From Calditrichaceae bacterium (GTDB lineage: Bacteria > Calditrichota > Calditrichia > Calditrichales > JBFXGD01): a stretch of 64,000 nucleotides of DNA. A program made the translations under genes and the position numbers. Below, piece after piece: positions 7,629 through 15,604 of the stretch (positions are counted from its first letter, which is position 1; each line of letters opens with the position of its first letter). The stretch covers positions 128,001-192,000 of the forward strand of contig JBFXLE010000004.1 in assembly GCA_050173015.1 (NCBI GenBank), read 5' to 3'. Under the pieces are notes generated by a model. The model searched no databases. It worked only from the letters and a program-made list of their open reading frames with translations, and had not been told where the DNA came from.

Positions 7629-8885
7629 TTATTTATCACCGGAGGGTGACTCATCATAATTCAAAAGGCGGCGTTCACCTTCGAGCTGACGGATCTCGCT
7701 AATTTCCTGGGTGACTTCCAGCGTACCCAGATAATTGTTTTTTTCATCGCGAACCGCGTAATAAACGATATAAACAAATTTTCCCTTAACATTTATCCAA
7801 AATCTCGCCTGATCCTGCCTGCCGGATTTGAAATCTTCGAGTATCTCAGTGACGATATGCATACTTGATGGTGGATGACAATATTGAACTTTTCGACCCA
7901 GGATCGCTTTTGTGCGGTCAAAGATGCGTTCCTTACCGAGACTGAAGTAACGGACGTTGTCATCCTTATCCACAAAAGTAAGGTCAAATGGCATGGTGTT
8001 GAGAATACCTGTTAATTCCTCCTGTGAAAGCGAGCCGGTGGGAAGCTGAATCCGGTCTTTTGAATCAAATGTTTTTGCTGTTTCTGAATTTCCCTGAAGT
8101 TCAGGTTTCCATTCTTTTTCCGGAACATAAAGACAATACCCGATTTCATCACTCTGAGTATATATTTCATACCATTCAATTTCTGTCAAAAGATCGATGG
8201 CTGTGGGGAACATGATTTTTTCCTCTTTATAGATCATCTCCTCCAGGGCCTCAAGTGCCGGAAAAACGGCTAAATTTATAAATGCCACCGCTTCATCTCT
8301 TTCAATGGCTTGAATACTGTGCAATCCCTCCTGGAGGACTTTCAGCATTTCTCTTGCCTCGTCATGTTTACCCCACATTACGGAAGGCGGGCCGGGCATA
8401 TTTTTCTTTTCAAAGTAAGGGAATAATAAGTTCTCCTTTCGCCTGTAATGTTTTTCCACATCCATGACATTATTCATTTGAAACTGGATAGCCCTGAATT
8501 TTGGCATAACGCTGATTTCTGCCGGAGAATTTTCAATTTCCTTTCCGAGATGGCGGATTAATTCGATCGTACGGTACAGGGCGATATTTTCCTGCACAAA
8601 GGTATCAATGGGATGCCCGGGTTCAGTTTGCGGTGTCTCCTGATCATTCAAATGTTTGCGCAGAACATTAGTATGGGTATCACATAGCTGCAAAATACTC
8701 TGTTCCGGAATTCCTTCCTCTATCAATTGCAGTTCCATTTTAAATACATCTGAATAATCCGCTTCATCCAAAAGCGATTCGAGCTGTTTTTTTACCGTTG
8801 ATGCGGCTTTTCCATCATGAAGCTGCCGGATTAAACCTTTCATTGTTTCAATCCGCTGATCACGGTTATTAATGAGCTCACTCAT
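7629..8885 (-). CDS. DUF438-hemerythrin-PAS domain protein
   Basis: LCDTH, PGHP, HYRRKENLLFP, VMWGKHDE, EMIYKEE, PFDLTFVDKDD, GRKVQYCHPP. Confidence 0.85.
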   Translation of the reverse strand: MSELINNRDQRIETMKGLIRQLHDGKAASTVKKQLESLLDEADYSDVFKMELQLIEEGIPEQSILQLCDTHTNVLRKHLNDQETPQTEPGHPIDTFVQENIALYRTIELIRHLGKEIENSPAEISVMPKFRAIQFQMNNVMDVEKHYRRKENLLFPYFEKKNMPGPPSVMWGKHDEAREMLKVLQEGLHSIQAIERDEAVAFINLAVFPALEALEEMIYKEEKIMFPTAIDLLTEIEWYEIYTQSDEIGYCLYVPEKEWKPELQGNSETAKTFDSKDRIQLPTGSLSQEELTGILNTMPFDLTFVDKDDNVRYFSLGKERIFDRTKAILGRKVQYCHPPSSMHIVTEILEDFKSGRQDQARFWINVKGKFVYIVYYAVRDEKNNYLGTLEVTQEISEIRQLEGERRLLNYDESPSGDK

Positions 8886-10587
8886 AATATATCCTTTCGT
8901 TGGGAATTATAATCTTATCTATACTTTCTTTTGGGTTGGCGCTTCCTGGAGTTTCCATTGTTTTTTTATTCTGAGTCGGTATTTTTCTTAATCTTCTTTT
9001 TATCATTTTTCGTTTTTGATATACTTTCAGATAAAACCAGTCAAATACGCCTGTTAAAATGATAAGAACAAAAAGCAAAGACCCGATGGGAGCTATAAGA
9101 ATGTACCATCCGCCGATAAAATCTTTAAAAATCCTGCCATTGTGCAATTCAAACATGTAATTCCACAAAGACATTCTGAAAGATTGGTTTATTTCGTCCG
9201 GCATCATGAACCGGCCTTCTGAAGTTGCTTTTACGATCGGCATTAACCCCTGTTCGTGAGCCGTAACAAACTCTTCACCCGCGGGGGTCCTGAAATACCC
9301 CGTAATCATTTGCTCAGCGGGACGGACAGAAGTGACATCACCCGGGCCCTTACCCGTCATTAAATCGATTATTTCTCCTGTTTTGCGATTCATTTTGTAA
9401 ATACCATTAAACGAACCTACAAGAAAATCTCCTTCATTGGTGACTTCAAAGACCGTCGCGCCCATTACAAAAACCGGGAAAGGAAAATCCTTTCTCACAA
9501 AGGGTTCACTAAAATCAGATTTTGCAATCCATAATCCGTCGGAACACTGCACAATGATTTGATCATCAACACGGTCATAAAGGGCATTTTGAATTTTTTC
9601 ATCCCAGGGGTTTTCTGAAAGCAAACCCGGATAAAGTTCAGCCGCTATGGTTCCCTCAGCGATTGCCGCGATAAACGGCGGGCGCATAAAGAAAGCAGTG
9701 ATGCCAATCATCAGAAGAAATACCGCTGACCAGATACCGAGTTTTAAATGATATTTGAATAAGAAACGATAAATTGAAAGTAGTTTCTTGTTCGCCGTTG
9801 TCTGCATGCCTGTTCGATGATATTTTTGTCTAAGCTTAAAATACCATGTATAGAGTGAAGACAAGCTCAGAAAGAAGAGCAGCAGGCCTATCAGATCGAA
9901 AAAGATTTTTCCGGGTAATCCCCATACATTGCCGTCATGAAGATCAAAAAATAGCTTGACGAGTGAAACCTGATGATCATCATCGAGCCGATCCATATGC
10001 ACATTTTTAAAGTTGAATTTCTGATTTACAGGGGAAATATAGACTTCTGAATCAGTAAATACGATCAGATTAAGATCCTTTTCGATAATCTTAAGAACAC
10101 GTTCTGTTCTTCCGCCCAGTTTGATGTTTTTCCATTTCCCATCAGACGTATTGGCGGCGTACAGACCGTTATCGGTTCCTGCCAACAAGACGGGTGGATT
10201 TGAATCCGACTCAAGTAAGAGAATATGATTTGTTTTACGATAGTATTGGGATTCCGGAAACCCATCGTTTAAGGCGTAGAAGCTCAAGCCGCCGTCATCT
10301 GTTTTCCATACACCCTGTTTACCGGCGGCAAAACCAATTGAAGGGTTTTGTTCCGAAAATATAAGCTGCCTCAGTGAACTGCGGTTCCAATTTTGAAGCC
10401 GGTATTGGGCCGGAACAAATTCACGAGGTACCGAAATTCCACTGATCAGTTCGGGATGATTCAAAAAAATTCCGGACAAACTCATCCAGGCAAGGAATAA
10501 TACCAGAATGATGCCGATATATTTATGAAGCCACTTTGACTTTTTGAATATCCGCTTCATCATATTTTTTTGAGTATCTTTATTCAT
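8878..10587 (-). CDS. PepSY-associated TM-helix membrane protein with periplasmic Asp-box/propeller-like region
   Basis: WLHKYIG...SGIFLNH, DLHDG, YHLKLG, ELHNGR His motifs in TM regions; WKTDDGGLSF Asp-box. Overlaps the next gene by 8 nt. Confidence 0.75.
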   Translation of the reverse strand: MNKDTQKNMMKRIFKKSKWLHKYIGIILVLFLAWMSLSGIFLNHPELISGISVPREFVPAQYRLQNWNRSSLRQLIFSEQNPSIGFAAGKQGVWKTDDGGLSFYALNDGFPESQYYRKTNHILLLESDSNPPVLLAGTDNGLYAANTSDGKWKNIKLGGRTERVLKIIEKDLNLIVFTDSEVYISPVNQKFNFKNVHMDRLDDDHQVSLVKLFFDLHDGNVWGLPGKIFFDLIGLLLFFLSLSSLYTWYFKLRQKYHRTGMQTTANKKLLSIYRFLFKYHLKLGIWSAVFLLMIGITAFFMRPPFIAAIAEGTIAAELYPGLLSENPWDEKIQNALYDRVDDQIIVQCSDGLWIAKSDFSEPFVRKDFPFPVFVMGATVFEVTNEGDFLVGSFNGIYKMNRKTGEIIDLMTGKGPGDVTSVRPAEQMITGYFRTPAGEEFVTAHEQGLMPIVKATSEGRFMMPDEINQSFRMSLWNYMFELHNGRIFKDFIGGWYILIAPIGSLLFVLIILTGVFDWFYLKVYQKRKMIKRRLRKIPTQNKKTMETPGSANPKESIDKIIIPNERIYYE

Positions 10588-10656
10588 ATTCTATTTATAA
10601 GTTGTTTTAAATTTCATTATTTTATAGCAGTTAACTAAAATTTTTTTTGCCCCGAA

Positions 10657-11391
10657 TCAGATTTTTAATACCGCCAGTAAATTGTCGCTTTTTTCGGGAA
10701 TATAGGGATCCAGATTTAGCGAGCCATATAGCTGGACAGTTCCGAATCCAGCCTGTCGGGCGAGTGACATTATTTCTTCTGACCGTATCGGGTACAATAG
10801 ATTGATGATTTCCTTTTTGTTTTTAGGGTTAGAATGCTCCGTAACCCGTATCTTAAACTCAATGAACGGTTCTTTCGAATTATAAATTCGTTCAATCAAA
10901 TGAAGATCAGTGCTTTTAGTCGAAAGAACATAGTTGTCAAAGCTTTTTATCCGGGCATAATTGACCATCTGGAGAAATATATATCCATCTTTCTTGATAA
11001 GTTGTTTCATATTAACAACGGCCTGAAACTGTTCATCGGCACTCAGGAAATGAGGAAAAGTATTGCCAACCATAAAAACAGAATCGAATCTGCCGGAATA
11101 ATTTTCAGCGGCGGAATCGATTCCTGATGTCTCGAATTTTACTTTTTCCGGATATGGGTTGTTTTTTTGAGCCAGATCAATCATGGCTTTTTCGGGATCA
11201 ATCCCAACCATTTCATTAACTTTATCCGCCAGAACGTAGGCAAGGAAACCGCTTCCGCATCCCGCATCCAATATGGTTTTAGCGGGATATTTAGAGAGAA
11301 TGTTTAACCAGAGGGGTTTTTCTCTTACCATTCGTTTTTTTAATTCAGTCATCTCATCATAAAAAACCGCTGTTTCAGAATAAAAACTCAT
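10657..11391 (-). CDS. Class I SAM-dependent methyltransferase
   Basis: ILDAGCGSG motif I; FDSVFMVGNTFPHF. Confidence 0.85.
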   Translation of the reverse strand: MSFYSETAVFYDEMTELKKRMVREKPLWLNILSKYPAKTILDAGCGSGFLAYVLADKVNEMVGIDPEKAMIDLAQKNNPYPEKVKFETSGIDSAAENYSGRFDSVFMVGNTFPHFLSADEQFQAVVNMKQLIKKDGYIFLQMVNYARIKSFDNYVLSTKSTDLHLIERIYNSKEPFIEFKIRVTEHSNPKNKKEIINLLYPIRSEEIMSLARQAGFGTVQLYGSLNLDPYIPEKSDNLLAVLKI

Positions 11392-11452
11392 AAAATTCCG
11401 CTTTATTTTATATATATTCTACTAATTGGTAGTATATTAACCCAAAAAATTT

Positions 11453-11866
11453 TTAATATCTGATATTCGGGTCATTTGCTAAATCAGCCAATGACACGTT
11501 GTAATACATCCCGTTGATATTGTCACGCAGAGGCGCCCAGTATTTATGAAGGGAACAGGGATTTGAGTCAGAACAGGAATCGAATCCCAGAATACAGCGA
11601 TCTGCGGTTTCCATACCTTCAACAATATCGACTATCTGGTAAAGGTAAATGGTTTTTTCATCCAGAATAAGCCGGTAACCGCCAACTTTTCCCTGTACAG
11701 ATTCAATAAAGCCGGCCGCGGCTAATTTCGACATTAGTCTTCCCAGGTATTTGTAGGGAATATTCAAAATCTTGTGCAGCTTATTTGTCGAATGTAAACC
11801 ATCTTTATGATTTGCCAGGTAAACCAGCACTCTGATGGCGTATTCTGATGTTTTATAAAGTCTCAT
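11453..11866 (-). CDS. Rrf2 family transcriptional regulator (three-Cys, probably Fe-S binding)
   Basis: EYAIRVL, G-K-V-G-G-Y wing, CILGFDSCSDSNPCSLH. Confidence 0.92.
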   Translation of the reverse strand: MRLYKTSEYAIRVLVYLANHKDGLHSTNKLHKILNIPYKYLGRLMSKLAAAGFIESVQGKVGGYRLILDEKTIYLYQIVDIVEGMETADRCILGFDSCSDSNPCSLHKYWAPLRDNINGMYYNVSLADLANDPNIRY

Positions 11867-12093
11867 ATTCTATCTCCTGGTAGAATATAATATGTATTTT
11901 TCATGGTTGCAAATAAATTTGAATAAAAGTTGATATATAAATAACTTATGACTAATGTTATACGTAAAATTGTTTATAGGTTTTATGGGGGAAGTTGGAT
12001 TATTATAAGTAAACATTTTCTATAACAGGCTCCCGCAATTTAAATAATCAACAATGCCGATATCATAAAATTACATACTTCAGAGATAAATAT

Positions 12094-14070
12094 ATGAATT
12101 ATTCTGAATTATCCAAAGAGCATTTGATTGCAGAACTTATAAAAATGCAAAATCGTCTCGATGATTTGGAGGAACTCGAACTGGAATACAGATCCAGTTT
12201 TGAATCATTGAAAAGCGGAGAAGCGCGATATAGAAACATTGTTGAAGATCAGACTGAATTAATTTGCAGGTTTCAGCATGATGGGACAATTACGTTTGCT
12301 AACGATACATATTGTAAAACATTTAACAGAACCAGAGCCGAAATGATTGGTTCTAAATTTTTTCCGGACATTCCGGAAGAAGAAAGAAGAATGGTTAAAA
12401 ATGTTTTTAAAAAACTCAACCCTGAAAATCCCATAGTATCATATGTTCACCGGGTTGTTTTGGATAGCGGCGAAATCCGCTGGCACCATTGGACGCTTCG
12501 TTTGATTCTCGGGGCCAACAATCAGGTGAAAGAATATCAGGCGGTCGGCCTGGATATTACAACTCTGAAGAAAACCGAGAAAGAATTACAGTTTGCACGA
12601 GATCAGCTGAGAGCGGTTATCGACGCTGTTCCCGGACTGATAACCTGGGTTGATAAAGATTTAAAGTATATTGGAGCGAATCAATTTTTTGCCAATATTT
12701 TTAACATAAAACCGGAAGATATTGTGGGAAGAAGTGTCGGATTTTCGGGTGCCGATTCAGAGTACATAACGTTCGTTATTGAATTTTTTAAAAATTTCGA
12801 AAATACAGGCTCAAAAGAAACGGTTTCTGTTTTAAATGGACGGAAATATATCCATTTGATCGAAGCTCAGAAATATAATAATGGGAATGGGGCAGTCTTT
12901 GTCGGTATAGATATTACGGAAATTCGATCCACTCAAAAAGAACTCGATCACAGGATCAGGTTTGAAAAACTAATCACATCAATATCAACCCGATTTATCA
13001 ATCTGCCTCCTGAAAAAATTGACAGAACTATTGAAGATTCATTGAGAGAAATCGGTGAATTTGCCGGGATTGACCGTAGTTATGTGTTCCTTTTTACAGA
13101 TGACGGTAAATATATGGAGAATACGCACGAGTGGTGCGCTGATGGGATAGAACCGGAAATTGGTAATCTTCAAAAAATACCGGTCAAAAATTATAAATGG
13201 TGGATGCGAAAACTAAACAAATTTCAACACATACATATCCCCGATGTTGACAAACTCCCTCCTGAAGCGGAGGAAGAGAAAAAGATTCTACAGGCGCAGA
13301 ATATTCAATCGCTGATTGTTCTTCCAATGCGTTCCGGTTCTGCCGGGGCAGATAATCCTCTTGTCGGATTTTTGGGATTTGATCATGTAAAATCCATAAA
13401 CCCCTGGTCTGAGGAGAGCATTGCTCTGTTAACTGTTCTGGGTGAACTTATCGTTAACGTGATAGAGAGAAATAAGATGACCGTGGCCCTGGCACAGGCA
13501 AGGAAAGAAAATGAAATTTTGCAGAGGGAATTACATCAAAGCCATTCAGAGATAAAACTGCTAAACGATCTATCCGGTTTGCTGGAGACGTGCACTGAGA
13601 GTGAAGATGTCTTTTTATTGCTTCGAAATTTTCTGATCAAAATTATTCCTGACACCACCGGTGCCCTTTATCTGCTCAGCGATTCTGAAACGATATTTTA
13701 CATGGCTGTTGAATGGGGTGATGACATTAAATATGAGAATAAAATGATTATGAAAAAGGACTGTTGGGCGCTTAAACGATTACAACCGCATAAATTCAGC
13801 AATCCTGAATCAGATCTTGCATGTAAGCATGTGACCGGTGACAATGGCCATCATTATTTTTGTATCCCTATGATCGTGCAGGGAGAATTAATGGGGCTTT
13901 TTCATCTAAGAAGATCCTTTCCGAAAACAGGTCACATTAAAGGAACCAATAATCTGTTGAATGAATCCGACCTTCAGCTCGCCCGCGCTTTGGCGGGGCA
14001 TATCAGCGTCATTTTAAACAATTTGAGTCTCAAGAAAATGTTTGACGGTAAATTAGGTAAGAATAAGTAA
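12094..14070 (+). CDS. PAS-PAS-GAF-GAF sensory protein with no recognisable output domain
   Basis: RYRNIVEDQTELICRF (PAS), VIDAVPGLITWVD (PAS), DRSYVF...NTHEWCADG...GFLGFD (GAF), CWALKR...CKH...CIPMIVQGELMG (GAF). Stops immediately after the last GAF. Confidence 0.8.
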   Translation: MNYSELSKEHLIAELIKMQNRLDDLEELELEYRSSFESLKSGEARYRNIVEDQTELICRFQHDGTITFANDTYCKTFNRTRAEMIGSKFFPDIPEEERRMVKNVFKKLNPENPIVSYVHRVVLDSGEIRWHHWTLRLILGANNQVKEYQAVGLDITTLKKTEKELQFARDQLRAVIDAVPGLITWVDKDLKYIGANQFFANIFNIKPEDIVGRSVGFSGADSEYITFVIEFFKNFENTGSKETVSVLNGRKYIHLIEAQKYNNGNGAVFVGIDITEIRSTQKELDHRIRFEKLITSISTRFINLPPEKIDRTIEDSLREIGEFAGIDRSYVFLFTDDGKYMENTHEWCADGIEPEIGNLQKIPVKNYKWWMRKLNKFQHIHIPDVDKLPPEAEEEKKILQAQNIQSLIVLPMRSGSAGADNPLVGFLGFDHVKSINPWSEESIALLTVLGELIVNVIERNKMTVALAQARKENEILQRELHQSHSEIKLLNDLSGLLETCTESEDVFLLLRNFLIKIIPDTTGALYLLSDSETIFYMAVEWGDDIKYENKMIMKKDCWALKRLQPHKFSNPESDLACKHVTGDNGHHYFCIPMIVQGELMGLFHLRRSFPKTGHIKGTNNLLNESDLQLARALAGHISVILNNLSLKKMFDGKLGKNK

Positions 14071-14395
14071 TCCGGATGACTATAAAAATAAAAGATAATA
14101 CTGATTCTACAGAGAAATATTACCCGCTATTTTCATAAATTGCATGCCTTTTCCGGGATAGAAATTTACGATTTAAAAAAATATTCACATTCTAAAAGGC
14201 CATAATTGAATTCCGGTCAGATTTGTGTCCGACAAGGATAATGTCTTTTGTATTTCACGGAGAGTAAATTAATCAACAAATGAAGTTGAGTGAATCGAGC
14301 TAATTTCTAATATGAATTTTTGCTTTAAAGCCGGCGGGAATATATATTCATCATTTACTTAAAGTAATCTTTTTGAATTTTTAAAGGAATCTGAA

Positions 14396-15103
14396 ATGAG
14401 CAGCGGAGATATTCAGGGTCTGGTCCTGACGTACGCGAGTGTATTCTTAGTCTTGTTGACTGTCGAGAAATTCAGAAAAAAATTTAACTGGCCGCAGTAT
14501 CTGACCAGAAAAATTGTTCATATTGCGGGGGGCATGTGGATTTGGGTCATTTTGTATTTTTTTGATCACTGGTATATGGGACTTATTCCGTTTGGATCTT
14601 TTATCTTTTTGAACTATATCTTTCACAAAAAACATACTTTCAAGTCTATTGATGACAAGGGGTCAACGCCGGGAACAATATATTTTTCGTTTTCTATCAC
14701 GCTTTTGCTTCTTGTGTTTTGGAGAACGGACGGGAGCCCTGACCGGGTTCCGATCGCGGTAGCGGCGATCATGGCTATGACCTGGGGTGATGCGTTAGCC
14801 TGTCTGGTTGGTGAAAGATGGGGAACCAGAAGAATAGAGGTTTTCGGAAATGGTTTTACACCGGAAGGTTCGATAGCGATGTTCATCTTCAGTTTTATCA
14901 GTATGACCCTGACCCTGTTTTTGCTGTCAAATTCAATATTGAGTCCATACAGCGATACGATGACTCTGACGCGGGCGACCGCTCATTCGTTAATTGGCGC
15001 GTCTGTCGCCCTTACCGCAGAAATGTTTTCGGCCGGTGGAACTGACAATCTTTCCGTTCCTCTGTTCACGGGACTTACACTTTGGATCCTAAGTGTGTTA
15101 TAG
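14396..15103 (+). CDS. SEC59/DGK1/VTE5 family CTP-dependent polyprenol (phytol/dolichol) kinase
   Basis: RKIVHI, WGDALACLVGERWG, PEGS, GTDNLSVP; multiple TM helices. Confidence 0.8.
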   Translation: MSSGDIQGLVLTYASVFLVLLTVEKFRKKFNWPQYLTRKIVHIAGGMWIWVILYFFDHWYMGLIPFGSFIFLNYIFHKKHTFKSIDDKGSTPGTIYFSFSITLLLLVFWRTDGSPDRVPIAVAAIMAMTWGDALACLVGERWGTRRIEVFGNGFTPEGSIAMFIFSFISMTLTLFLLSNSILSPYSDTMTLTRATAHSLIGASVALTAEMFSAGGTDNLSVPLFTGLTLWILSVL

Positions 15104-15145
15104 AAAAATTCTTGGAATAATGAAAAATATATCCGGAAAGGCTGA

Positions 15146-15604
15146 ATGAAACTAGCAACATTATGTTATATCCGTGACAAAGATAAGACTCTCATGCTTC
15201 ATCGAATAAAAAAAGACAACGACATACATGAGGGGAAGTGGAATGGTCTTGGAGGCAAACTGGAACCCGGAGAAACTCCGGAGGAATGCGTGATACGGGA
15301 AGTAAAGGAAGAATCGGGTTTAGACATCATCAGCCCGGTCCTAAAAGGCGTACTAACTTTCCCGGAGTTCAGCAAAAGTGAAGACTGGTATGTGTTTCTA
15401 TTCGTGGCGGACAAATTTACCGGTAAGTTAATGGAGTCAAATGAGGGTCATTTGCAGTGGATTGACAATAAAATGATTAAGGACTTACCCTTGTGGGAAG
15501 GGGATCACCTGTTCCTTGATTGGCTTGAGCGGGACCGCTTTTTTTCCGCGAAATTTGTTTATCGTGATGATCAGTTGGTCGGGCACGGTGTAACATTTTA
15601 CTAA
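15146..15604 (+). CDS. Nudix hydrolase, 8-oxo-dGTP diphosphatase (MutT/MutX type)
   Basis: Nudix box GGKLEPGETPEECVIREVKEESG; MKLATLCYI start and LWEGD motif. Confidence 0.88.
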   Translation: MKLATLCYIRDKDKTLMLHRIKKDNDIHEGKWNGLGGKLEPGETPEECVIREVKEESGLDIISPVLKGVLTFPEFSKSEDWYVFLFVADKFTGKLMESNEGHLQWIDNKMIKDLPLWEGDHLFLDWLERDRFFSAKFVYRDDQLVGHGVTFY

